64,000 nucleotides of DNA from positions 2,048,001-2,112,000 of the forward strand of contig CM119373.1 in assembly GCA_051294905.1 (NCBI GenBank). The letters are read 5' to 3'. The notes beneath the pieces were generated by a model, which saw only the letters and a program-made list of their open reading frames with translations, had not been told where the DNA came from and ran no database searches. Position numbers and translations under genes: made by a program. Below, piece by piece: positions 25,120-37,751 of this stretch; the first letter of the stretch is position 1; each line of letters opens with the position of its first letter. The stretch is from Botryllus schlosseri (taxonomy: Eukaryota).

Positions 25120-27079
25120 TGATTAACATGATCGCTCTACTGTGGAAAATAAAAAGCGTCGAATCTTGAAATAAGAACGAATAAATCCAATACCTAGCAC
25201 ATTAATCACGTACCGAGTCTTGACTTCTGAGAGGAGCCGATTATGATCCAGATTAGAGGATGAAGATTCTTTGTTTAGACAAATTAACAGGATCGCTCTG
25301 CAGTGGAAAAACTAAAGAGCGTCGAATATTGGAATCACAACGAATAAAACTACTACCCAGCACATTAATCACACACCAAGTCTTGACTTCTGACAGGAAC
25401 CGATTAGGGTCCAGATCCGAGGATGAAGATTCTCTGTTTAGATAAATTAACATGATCGCTCTGCAGTGGAAAAACTAAAGAGCGTCGAATATTGGAATCA
25501 CAACGAATAAAACTACCATCTAGCACATTAATCACACACCGAGTTTTAACTTCTGACAGGAACCGATTAGGGTCCAGATCCGAGGATGAAGATTCTCTGT
25601 TTAGATAAATTAACATGATCGCTCTGCAGTGGAAAAAAGAAAGAGCGTCGAATCTTCAAATCAGAACGAATAAAACTAATACCTAGCACATTAATCACAC
25701 ACCGACTCTTGACTTCAGACAGGAGCCGATTAGGGTCCAGATCAAAGGATGAAGATTCTCTGTTTAGATAAATTAACAAGATCGCTCTACAGTAGTAAAA
25801 ATAAAGAGCGTCGAATATTGGAATCAAAACGAATAGAACTACGACCTAGCACATTAATCGCACACCGAGTCTTGACTTCTGACAGGAACCGATTAGGGTC
25901 CAGATCCGAGGATGAAGATTCTCTGTTTAGATAAATTAACACGATCGCTCTGCGGTGGAAAAAAGAAAGAGCGTCGAATCTTCAAATCAGAACGAATAAA
26001 ACTAATACCTAGCACATTAATCAAACACCGACTCTTGACTTCAGACTGGAGCCGATTAGGGTCCAGATCAAAGGATGAAGATTCTCTGTTTAGATAAATT
26101 AACAAGATCGCTCTACAGTAGTAAAAATAAAGAGCGTCGAATATTGGAATCAAAACGAATAGAACTACGACCTAGCACATTAATCGCACACCGAGTCTTG
26201 ACTTCTGACAGGAACCGATTAGGGTCCAGATCCGAGGATGAAGATTCTCTGTTTAGATAAATTAACAAGATCGCTCTACAGTAGTAAAAATAAAGAGCGT
26301 CGAATATTGGAATCAAAACGAATAGAACTACGACCTAGCACATTAATCGCACACCGAGTCTTGACTTCTGACAGGAACCGATTAGGGTCCAGATCCGAGG
26401 ATGAAGATTCTCTGTTTAGATAAATTAACATGATCGCTCTGCGGTGGAAAAAAGAAAGAGCGTCGAATCTTCAAATCAGAACGAATAAAACTAATACCTA
26501 GCACATTAATCACACACCGACTCTTGACTTCAGACTGGAGCCGATTAGGGTCCAGATCAAAGGATGAAGATTCTCTGTTTAGATAAATTAACAAGATCGC
26601 TCTACAGTAGTAAAAATAAAGAGCGTCGAATATTGGAATCAAAACGAATAGAACTACGACCTAGCACATTAATCGCACACCGAGTCTTGACTTCTGACAG
26701 GAACCGATTAGGGTCCAGATCCGAGGATGAAGATTCTCTGTTTAGATAAATTAACAAGATCGCCTTACAGTAGTAAAAATAAAGAGCGTCGAATATTGGA
26801 ATCAAAACGAATAGAACTACGACCTAGCACATTAATCGCACACCGAGTCTTGACTTCTGACAGGAACCGATTAGGGTCCAGATCCGAGGATGAAGATTCT
26901 CTGTTTAGATAAATTAACATGATCGCTCTGCAGTGGAAAATAGAAAGAGCGTCGAATATTGGAATGAGAACGAATAGAACTACTACCTAGCACATTAATC
27001 ACACACCGAGTCTTGACTTCTGACAGGAGCCGATTAGGGTCCAGATCAAAGGATGAAGATTCTCTGTTCAAGATCGCTC
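25120..27079 (+). repeat. 163-bp tandem repeat, ~12 units (left foldback arm)
   Basis: The gatcgctct motif and ORF-track starts recur every 163 nt (25749, 25912, 26075, 26238). Confidence 0.97.
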
Positions 27080-27160
27080 CGAGGCTGCTAACCGTAGTTC
27101 TTCAGAATGATGTTCTGTATTCAATGTAGCATGTGCGTGCAATCTATGAGATAACAATTG

Positions 27161-27855
27161 CGACGCTCTTTATTTTTTCCACTGCAGAGCGATCATGTTA
27201 ATTTGTCTAAACAGAGAATCTTCATCCTCGGATCTGGACCCTAATCGGTTCCTGTCAGAAGTCAAGACTCGGTGTGTGATTAATGTGCTAGGTATTAGTT
27301 TTATTCGTTCTGATTTGAAGATTCGACGCTCTTTCTTTTTTCCACTGCAGAGCGATCATGTTAATTTATCTAAACAGAGAATCTTCATCCTCGGATCTGG
27401 ACCCTAATCGGTTCCTGTCAGAAGTTAAAACTCGGTGTGTGATTAATGTGCTAGATGGTAGTTTTATTCGTTGTGATTCCAATATTCGACGCTCTTTAGT
27501 TTTTCCACTGCAGAGCGATCATGTTAATTTATCTAAACAGAGAATCTTCATCCTCGGATCTGGACCCTAATCGGTTCCTGTCAGAAGTCAAGACTTGGTG
27601 TGTGATTAATGTGCTGGGTAGTAGTTTTATTCGTTGTGATTCCAATATTCGACGCTCTTTAGTTTTTCCACTGCAGAGCGATCCTGTTAATTTGTCTAAA
27701 CAAAGAATCTTCATCCTCTAATCTGGATCATAATCGGCTCCTCTCAGAAGTCAAGACTCGGTACGTGATTAATGTGCTAGGTATAGGATTTATTCGTTCT
27801 TATTTCAAGATTCGACGCTTTTTATTTTCCACAGTAGAGCGATCATGTTAATTAT
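27161..27855 (-). repeat. 163-bp tandem repeat, ~4.3 units, inverted (right foldback arm)
   Basis: Reverse complement of the outer left-arm units; ORF-track starts 27195, 27358, 27521. Confidence 0.97.
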
Positions 27856-30800
27856 AAAAAAATTATAATGGTGGCATAAGTAACCAGAGGGCTGTGCAGA
27901 TCGGGTTTGATTCGTCAAGCGAAATATATTAGGTTATGTCTTAGTAATAGTTGAATCACCATAATCAACCCCTAAAATTTTATCATTCTAGGTTTGTTGC
28001 AGGCCAATGCTTTGATTTGATTTCATGAAAATACTACGTTTGGCGTTTGGGATTTACAGATCATGGTCGATATTTTAAAAATGGTGATCCATTGGATTCG
28101 TGCTGTCGTAAGTACGTTAGTTAGTAATTTTTAATTTGAGGGCCAAATCGTTGAGGGCTAACTTCACCCTGGTTTTGAGGTGGCATGTGTGCCAAACAAA
28201 TCCAGCAGTGGATGGAAACATCTCTATGCTATGGCCCAAAAATGACATAAACATGCCAACAGTTTCAACTACTCCGCGGCAGAGTATGTGGTGTCACAGG
28301 TCAGTATATACATATAGGTCGACTAACATCCCTAAATAGAACAGAGAATGCGGCGAATGAAGTATTTCAATCATGAAATCAAAGTCATCCCGGTGGTGTG
28401 CACAGTCGTAGATATTCACGGTAACGAATACTATGTAGTACTGTACCTTTTACGATGCGTATCCCAATCAGCATTCCTAGGAATCTTCAACGATCGTGTC
28501 CACTTTCTTCAAGCCAACAAGCTTCGCTTCACCCTTTGCTCAAATCTCAATAATGGCCAGACGACGATACGACACTCTAACGATTTCGAAATAAGTGGTA
28601 TTCATCCGCTGACATGCGACCAATAATATCTACTGGCCACTGCGTTATAATGGTTAATTTAGGTCGTTTTTTTTCATACAGAAACATTTATCATTACATC
28701 TAGTTCCTTTCTTTTCCATCTAATTGCGTATAAATTGATATTTATTCCATGTGTTGTCACTACTTACCGTACTTACTTAACCAGACGCTCCTTGTGATGT
28801 CACAGTTGTGCATTGGTTGTTTACTACGAATCTCAGAAAAAGCAGTAACGCGTAACGGTAACCTATGACAGGTCGCCTTGTTCGCCATCAACGAATGGTC
28901 AACTTAGCATGCGGCGCTGATATTTCTAGTTCATGAACAATATTATACATCCTAAACAGATATTCTAACTCATCAGTCCTAGCCTTATAATATAAAATAG
29001 TGGCTATCTACGATTGTCAGTTGTTTCTTTTACCCTACTATGTACTATTGTACTATACTGAAATTGGTACTAGGGCCAACAATTTCCGTATGACAGACCC
29101 CAGTCTGGTGACCGAGGTTGAATCAGGTCAAATCACCACGAGAATGATATCAGTAACATTCATTTCCACGTATACATTGGCTGCAGAGATTTTCAGGTTA
29201 ATCAATTTTGCCAATAGCCTGGTAAACTTCAGTAACGAGTAACTGTCAGTAATTTTGCGAAGAAATCTGGTAACTTGACTTTAGAGCTAAATTGAGGTAA
29301 TATTACATGTCAAAATGTGAAATTACAAGCTACGAACAGTTATTGGCAGCTACCGGTAATTCGTTGCAAAATTTACAGAGATTTCCCAGTAAATCTACCA
29401 GATTTTTTACAGTGTGGTGTAAATAGAGAAAATAATGCCTAGCTTTGGCATGACGTTACTGGATTATTGCAAATTAATCGTCAAATATGCGGCAATACAA
29501 AATTGACGATTTTGGACCGAAAAGTTAGCATTTCACCACACGCATGTCCGTTCTCTAAGGTTGCTTGTAAAATGCAAATTAAGACGGACGGAGCTATGTC
29601 GAACAATAGCAGAGAAATCTAGCGTACCGCCGTACATGCAGTGTGACATAATGCTTATTCTTTATGCGGAATGCGGTCACTAAATGTCGCTAAAAAGTCG
29701 CTGGTAATAACAACATGTCAATGCCTACGCGCGAATTTGCGTGCTTTTTGTGCTACCAAGAAACATCATGTCGATCCAAAAAAAACTCCTAAAACCGAAC
29801 TAATCTCCAAGCTAATATATTTTCATCATTTCTGGCCTTCAATATTATTCACGACACATCGCACCGTAGATATCTTGAAGATTGCGTTCTGCAACGAACT
29901 ATAGCACTGGTCAACAAAATGAAAAATAAAAAAAATTGGCAGAACATCTAGGAACTGCTATAGGGTTTTTAAGGTTGCTGGTGACGAATAGTACATTTGT
30001 TTTGCCAGATTGACTTGCCCACTAGACTTGAGTCTTTTCTCTGGGTCATTTGCTGTCATCATTCAAGAGTTCGGCTCTCTCTTTGTCTGAGCTTTTCAAT
30101 GCACTGTATTTATAGCGGGATCGGAGATGAGGAGCCCAGATAAACCTCCGACACATAGAAACATGGCAGAGCCGAGACTCGACCCACCGTGACAGCAGTG
30201 TTTAACCAACTGCGCCACTCGCTTCCCCGTGACATAAATATATCCTTATTCTTATGACGCGGTCACATGTTAACGTATAGCTTATACAGACGTGGTGGTG
30301 TACTAGCGTTACAGCTATAGGGATCGCTCGCATGATTATAACGATAATGAAGACGTCATAGTTCAGTCGTAACAAATGATCGATCGTGTTCTCTATTGTA
30401 ACTCTAATCTTTTTAATGCTGTCTGTTGATTCGTGCGTAACCTGAATAATTCCGACTTTCAGCAGCATCGGATTATTCGCACGTTTCCATACCGCTGCTT
30501 CACACCTACAGAATAGTCTGCCGATCACTGTCGCAACAAGAACCACAATTATACTCATTTATACGCTCATTGTATTTATTACTCTGAAATCAAACTCTTA
30601 ACAAAAACACGTACAATCGTTTCATTAATTTTTTTATCGTCACCAAAATAATTCAGTTATTCCTTGGTTGAAAAATTTTGAGCTCGTTTCGTCAAGAATG
30701 TTATAGTATGATCTTCGAACACATCTGATGTTTTACTCTGTAACTGTTTCCCAGTCACGGAAAATTCATCCGGTTCCATGAATTCGATTATCCGAGGTTT

Positions 30801-33800
30801 TAGTGGTCCGAAACCTAGTGAAACATGAAAATGAGTCTGGCACCCCCTATTTTAAGGACTGTAGTAAAAACCAATGGGTAAGTGGTCGAAGTCCGCTTTC
30901 GGGTTAGGAATTCACTATTAGACCTCTCGACTAATTAACGATATAATTTTTCATGCTGTTTTCGAGATCTAATCCAGGTTGTTATAACAACCATCGGGTA
31001 AGGACTACGGGCTCATGGCATTTGATTCGAGATCGATGGACACATCTCGAATTCTCCTCTGCGATTGGCAATACGGTGAATAAAATTGTATTGGTTTCGT
31101 TTTATTGCTTTGTCTGACCACTTAATCAAATGAGAATGTGGTAGAGATTTGCTCACATTACATTTAGTGCTGCTCTTAGTTTCAACATGAATGCGGGTAA
31201 CAACACTCAGCAGTATCACCCTTTATGATACGATGAAGAAATATTCTGACGACATAATTTTGTAGCTCTCAAATACAAGCATATTTAATTACTCGTTTTT
31301 ACCAAAAAGCTGCAAAACACCTTTATTGTACAAAGGACATCACTCTCGAAAGTTGTTCAGTAGCCTTTAGCGCCTTTATGATTTAGGCACGCAGTGCGCT
31401 TCAGGATAAAATACCTAGTTAAAAATATTTTATGGAAAACAACCCGAGCTATCAGTATAAGTATCAGTTTATTATTATTTTCATAATTTCAAAACACCAC
31501 GAAACTGTGATAAAATGAGGGGATAGGAAGATGTCAAAACGACTTGGAGTAGCTAGCGTGAAAGGAGTGTTATAACGGGGAATTAGCAATCCAAAAGTAC
31601 GCCAAATTCATTTTACATGATTTAAAATTAATCACTGCGTTCATGAAAACAGGGGTCGGTTGATATTTCGCGATGAGCGCAACGAAAAACGTTGTGAATT
31701 AGCAGATTTTGTCGAATGTTAGTTTGCAATGAGAAGTCAGCAATAATCATATGTCCATACTACACCATATGCTGCGAGACAATTTTCTTCAGCGGCCCAA
31801 CCGCCACCAGAGCCCAATGCTCCCTATTTCGTCCCCTGAGCGTTTCCGCCCCTTCAAAATTCAAGCCGCCCCCTGGTAGGCGCTGGAGACAAGGTAAAGA
31901 ACCACTGATCTAAATAATCACGAACTATATTGGTAAAATTACGTCTCCTCCAGCTTCATAAACTGCTCATCTTCGACAGAACAATGCTCCCGGGCGCATA
32001 GAAGAGTAGCGTACGGCCAGTGTTGCTGAATACAAATTCTGTAGGCGGAATTGGACTCTGAGCTGTCGTAGGAATTCGTCAGAAACAACATATACAAATG
32101 CGCGTGGTCTTATTCGTGTAGTTTTTGCGCTATCACGAAGCAACTAACGATCCAGATTAAACATTTAAATTCTAACCTTATCCAAGTCTATATCATGGTC
32201 TCATGCTCAGTCTTCTAGAATGATAGATACTTTTGTGCTCAGCGCTTCTTTGGAAATTGTATCAATCATCACACCCATCTCTGATCTCAACATATAAAGT
32301 GTCATTACCATGTTTTCATCTGATATCAAACTAATCTAATTTGTGAATTGTTCTTATGATCTAATTTTACTTCTAATCTAATTTATAAAATGTTTCTATG
32401 CTCCAATTTCAATTCCAATCTAATTTATGAATTGTACTTATTCTCTAATTCTAATTCTTATCTAATTTGTGAAATGTTCCTATACTTTAATTTTAATTCT
32501 AACCTAATTTATTGTTTTTCTGAAAATGCCTATTAGACCGCGGCATTTTGCAGCGAGTCCCTCTCGAACAGGGAATTTCAGAGCCAAGCCGCCATCGCAT
32601 TACTTACACCGTACATAATTAGTAGTTGTTGTGCGATGAATAATAGCCTACCGGCATGGTAGATTGTTCGTTTGTATTCTGGAACAATTGTGACGCTTAT
32701 CGTCCAATCATGTTATTTGCGCCATGATAATGAATGTTGCAATGTTCATCGATCTTTGCCTTTGGAACTCTTTTCGGAGTACTTCCTATCACGCGTCCAT
32801 TGATCATCGATATCTATCTCGTTTGCATGCGTCCTCTTCAGTGTCTTTTGCTGACGATTTTAGAAGCTCGACTTCAATAGATCAATTTGGGGTTTTCTTA
32901 CGGTACTGCATACGCAGTGAGGTCAAATACAAATGAATCGATATTGGGACTGGATAGACATGTAGCTAGGTGAAAGACTATCTCATCCTAAAGATTGATT
33001 GTGGGGAAGCTCAGGCCCGTTTTCTAAGCGTCTCGGTCTTGGGCTTGGCGGTGTCGGGTCCATTGTACGTCATGGCAATATGCCTATTCATACTAGCTGA
33101 CTCGCCATCGATGCAATGCTGTTGCCATCGTTGAAGCCATTTCCGCTATCGCGAGGAATAGTGTTGTTGAGCACAGACGAATAGGTTTATTTAAAATAAC
33201 AACAATATTAATTTGAAAGTGAAATCATTTTCCGCATTTCAAAATGCTTTATTCGCCTTTATTCAAATTCACAGATCAGATTGCCTGCCTCAAAATACAG
33301 ATTCGCGGGCCGCGTGTTGATGACCTCTGATATAGTGCAAAACGAGCAAAGCTTGATATACAGACGTTAACCAGTCTCTTTGCTATGAGACTCCACTGTG
33401 ATTTGATATGTACTTAAATTTTGCTGCATTTATTTCTCATTCAGAATTCCATTCAATTTCCAAGTTTTTCCGAATTCAGTAGCCAAAGTCTAATTGTAAT
33501 TATAATCTAATTTGGAAATAACTGTGTTAATCTAATTCTAATTCTAATCTAATTTGGAAAAATCGTATAGCTCTAATTATAATTATAATCTGATTCGGAA
33601 AAGCTAAAAATTTTCTAGTTGTCCTAGTCTGTCGCGTAAGTGGCGTCTTATAAAAGCCTATGAGTGGACCGTGCTGCAGGTCAGCAGCTACGAAATTTAG
33701 ATGAAGCACATTGTCCTGGTGTAAATGACCATAGTAGTCGACAAACCCCATGAATACCTCAAACCAAACAAACAAGCGACTAAAAAGGGAGCATAGAAAT

Positions 33801-34474
33801 ACGCCAACTTATATCGTCGTTAGTGCCACTGATTTAGCGCTCCATAACTCTACTCAACAGACAAATCATCGTATTTTTGCCAATTCCATTGTTCGGGAAT
33901 AAAGTCGTTGCTAGAATATAAACACCATGATCCGTGATATGATTTGATGCACTATTAAGTATATATGATCGATACTAGAATATTCACGTGAAAAATAAGG
34001 ACATGTGGAAACATTTTGAACCGAGTTGACTGATGGTCCGGCTCGTGACAGATTTGAAGGTATAAATCCGACCCGCGTCGCCATTTGAGTTTGACAACCC
34101 TGCTTCAAGCTGAATCGCCATAACAAGATAGCATAATGGTATGATCCACGGCTGCAACACCAATGGGAGACATTCACAAACCACTTGGGGCGCCAACACC
34201 ACGCCCTATCGTCCGTAGTAAACAAACAAAACTTACAGCTATATTCGCTCGAAACCAGGTCAGCCACTGCCTGTTGGATTCGGGTAACAGAATTAATGTC
34301 TTGTATGTACGGAGTTTGAACATATTTACGACTGATGATTGAGTTCAGTGCAATTTATGAATTGTCAGGTTACTTCGTGTACCGATATTTCATTTCCAGA
34401 GAGTGACGTTTGAATATTAGCTGAGTGACATATATATTTCATTTTAATAGACTGTCATCTATCTACATTATAAA

Positions 34475-35760
34475 ATGACACGATATTGCTGTGTACCTGG
34501 TTGCACGAGTCGGATTGGTGGTCATTTGATTCCTAAGTCACCAGGGAAGCTGATGAAATGGAGAGAAGCAATTAATAGATCAAACTCCAAAACGAAACAG
34601 CTTTGGACAGAGACATTGGGCAGAGGGCAGAGACATTGCTTGCTATGGTCATTTTCTTCCAAGTGATTATATGAGCCGAACATGAAACTTGAAAGACAGG
34701 AGGCAGTCCCATCAGTCTTTCAGCATGATAAAAGAACGCCACTAAAAACTGTCAGAAAGACAAACAATTCGAACCCATTTACACCAGAACCTACTGAAAT
34801 AATTCATTCCGGAACACATAGTGACCAGAAATTTCAAACAGACTCGGAAAATATGGGCATTCAGTGCCAACTAGGTGCTTCAATGCCAGCTTTCAGCTTA
34901 GAAAATATCAAGGATGATATTAAGCAGTGCATGGTATTTTACTGGATTTGATGACATCAAACAGTTTCTGCTTTTAAAGGACATTGCAATGTACGATGTT
35001 CATCTATTGGAGTACACCTGTACGTTGTGTTCAAATGAAGAGCAAGTTTTTTCTGACACTAATCAAGCTCTTGATCATCAACTGCTTGGTATTGTTTCAG
35101 AATCAACAGCTTCCCGCATTATTAATGCTTGCTTGGATCAAGCATATGTACTGTTTATCATCAAAATTACTAATTTCGCCTTCAAAACAAGTAATATTGG
35201 ATCCCATGCCAGATGATTTAAAAAACTATATCCATCAACGAGATAATTATTGACTGTACAGAAATCCCAATTGAGAAGCCATCTGATTTCCATGCACACT
35301 GCACAGTCTGTTACATTCTCCACTTGAAAGAATGGAAATACCATGGAAGTATTAATTGGTAATGCACCCACGGGTGCTGTCTCCTTCATAAGTGACTGCT
35401 ATGGTGAATCCGTTAGTGACCGCAGCATTATTGAGCAATCTGATTTGCTGGCCGAAGCCAGAGCAACGTTTGAAAAGGGCGACAGTATCATGGCTGATAA
35501 AGGATACCTACTGCAAGGTTTGTTTGCACCATTCGATGTGAAAATCAACACCCCTACTTTGATGAAAGGCATGACTCAGCTCTCTCAGGAACAGCGGGTA
35601 GAGGATTACTCCATCTCCTCAAAACATGTACCGTACACCTTGAAAGGGTTATTGGTTATGCAAGGACATTCAAAATCATTCAAAATGTCTTGCCTTACAA
35701 TCTCTTGCATTTGAAAAATGTAATAGTCTTTATCTGCTTTATGATTTTTAAATTTAGGAA
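34475..35760 (+). pseudogene. Frameshifted THAP + DDE_Tnp_4-type transposase
   Basis: MTRYCCVPGC...W..AI...CYGHF, AVPSVF (THAP); FTGF, SESTASRII; IIDCTEIPIEKP; LIGNAPTGAVSFISDCYG..SD; GDSIMADKG; multiple frameshifts and stops. Confidence 0.9.
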
Positions 35761-36179
35761 AGACATACTTTGATATAGTCCTACATAATAGCATTTGATG
35801 CTTTTATTATTTTGTGTTTGCTGAAGAAGACTTGGTTAGTGATAATGATTGATTACTATTAGTGTTGCATGAATTTTCTTGCTCCCACTTCAATATTGAT
35901 GCCGCCATAATAAACCGGAATATCACTGTACTGGATTTGATGACTGAACAGAAAACATATCACTACCTAGAGTCTAGACGCAAGTTTTGTTTTCATTTAC
36001 TAAACGAGATACATAAAAACTGCCAATATACAGGTAGACTACGTAATCAACAGAAAGAATCATGGAATTTGGAAATAACAATAATCACCACGACGGCATG
36101 AACGGTTTTGCTCAAAAAATCGTATTCAAAGCTACATTGCATTCAGCAGTTTTCAGTTTTTCGTCTTGCGGTAACACAA

Positions 36180-36490
36180 TCTTGACCACCAAAAAAGGAC
36201 GCCAATACATTTCGTAGAACTTTTGCAACTTCAGAATCCTAAATTTAGGAACAAATTATGGGTCAAACTCTATATCTTCCATGTGCACATTACGAAATGT
36301 ATGCATAAAACAACATATAGTTTCATACAAGCGCAAGTCATTTGGCCTTGTACTTGGGCATACCATCTGTGATTTTTTTTTCAGATAATAGCCATCTGCA
36401 GCAATCATCAAATATTGAAAATACTTTCAAGGTGTTATTAGGTCATCCTTTACCGTGTAGGGCCACTTGACTTCCAACCAGCTACGCTAG
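36180..36490 (-). pseudogene. YqaJ/lambda-exonuclease-like ORF remnant of the ISL2EU element
   Basis: Manual minus-strand translation gives LEVKWPY, KKNHRWYAQVQGQM and VHMEDIEFDP...KLQKFYEMYWRP. Confidence 0.8.
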
Positions 36491-37583
36491 GGATGTCAAA
36501 AGACAACAAATCAAGACGACGTTTCTTTCGGTATCCAATGTAAGCAATGGATCACTAGGACGAGGTTTTGGCGCCCCTAAGTGTATGAATGTCTCCCATT
36601 GGTTGCGGGTTCGAGTCTGACCCAGGTCCACTCCAGAATTTCCAGCCAAGCGTTACAGATTTATCTAGGGCTAGGCTCCTCTTCATTCACCAGATCGGCG
36701 GTAGTTGTTTCTTAAAAATGCCTAGAAGTGGACCGTGCTATGAGTGCTCTCAATATTGCAGGTCCTGGGTATTTTCTGCACAGCGATCAATGTATATTTT
36801 TAAAATTAAATGCCTCTTGGCTCTGCATTCAGGACAGTTTATTTTACATGCAATCGAAGTTTAAATCATTGGTAAAACAGAGTATATATTGCACGACATT
36901 AAAAGCTGGTGATTTTGTTTATTATAGCATTTGAGATTCTATATAGTTGCTTAGTGACGTATAGACCGAGTGAGTGTCTCACTTCGATTTCCCAAAAGTG
37001 TTTATGAATACTGGCTGAGGCCGTACAAACCCTATTACTGTCGTTATTGAGTGATCACTAGTAAATTAGTAATCATAAAAACTGCATGAAGGTATGCTTT
37101 AAAGCTGCCAAACACTGTAGAACTGCCGTCTCCGTGGATTCAATCGGACAGATTTACATGCTCATATCCTAATGGCGACAGCATTTTGAAAGAGGCAGAG
37201 ATTGCCATCATTCCAGTCATCAGAACTCTACGTCGAAATCGGCCCCACATATTTGTTACTCAGAAGACCTAGTTTCAAATAATGCCAGGGAACTAGCTCA
37301 TATGTAATTTTACAAATTTCTATTGTGTTTGAGTGTATTCGATCAAATGAAATCTAGAACATTCTACTCGACTCGAGGATAAATTCTCGATTCGGAATCG
37401 TATCTTCCGAGCCCTCGATGTCGCCCGCCCACAATTGCAACATTATTTTAGTTGAAATGATGGCGAAGCAATCCTAGCACAGTAATAGGATACTGATAGT
37501 ATTTTACAGTTTAATGACAGAAATTTCAATTTCATTTTCGAAGGCTAATGAAAGTAATGTTATACGATATTTTATCATTTTAG

Positions 37584-37751
37584 TTGCAAAAGCTCAGTAT
37601 CATCGACAATTCAATGAATGAAGATGGATATGAAATACTCGTTCACATTCTGAAGCTGTCAGATTGCAAGGTACTGGTGCTCCAAAATTGTTGTCTCACC
37701 AAGACCAAGTTGCAAGGAGTATTGAACGGATGTCGGGATCAAAATGTTCAG
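37584..37751 (+). CDS. LRR exon copy 3 (168 nt, phase 0-0)
   Basis: tcattttAG|TTGCAA ... GTTCAG|GTGCGT; LQKLSIIDNSMNEDGYEILVHILKLSDCKVLVLQNCCLTKTKLQGVLNGCRDQNVQ. Confidence 0.8.

Larger units (their letters stand above)
24802..28173. mobile_element. Foldback-type DNA transposon (probably Mutator-like), non-autonomous
   Basis: Termini ACCAGGGTGAAGTTAG / CTAACTTCACCCTGGT; perfect 9-bp TSD TTTGAGGTG (24793-24801, 28174-28182); ~1 kb near-perfect inverted arms; ~80-bp unique spacer 27080-27160. Confidence 0.92.
22981..29414. mobile_element. Non-autonomous CACTG-terminal element (EnSpm/CMC-like), 6.4 kb including nested insertions
   Basis: TIR CACTGTAAAAAA / TTTTTTACAGTG with extended GATTTAC.G.GAAAT similarity; 2-bp TSD TG; empty site ctgcTGgtgtaaatagag at 40840-40841. 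Superfamily inferred from termini and TSD only. Confidence 0.85.
34165..36597 (+). mobile_element. Decayed ISL2EU (PIF/Harbinger-related) transposon inserted in a SINE head
   Basis: TIR GGGAGACATTCA / TGAATGTCTCCC; 2-bp AT TSD by comparison with the empty site caccaATtggttg (6317-6318); two convergent ORF remnants. Confidence 0.9.

Noticed and set aside
25120..27855. 163-bp array as a CRISPR array or repeat-protein gene (many ORF-track hits)
   Set aside because: No unique spacers and no cas genes; 163 is not a multiple of 3 and each unit has stops. It is the TIR interior of a foldback element.
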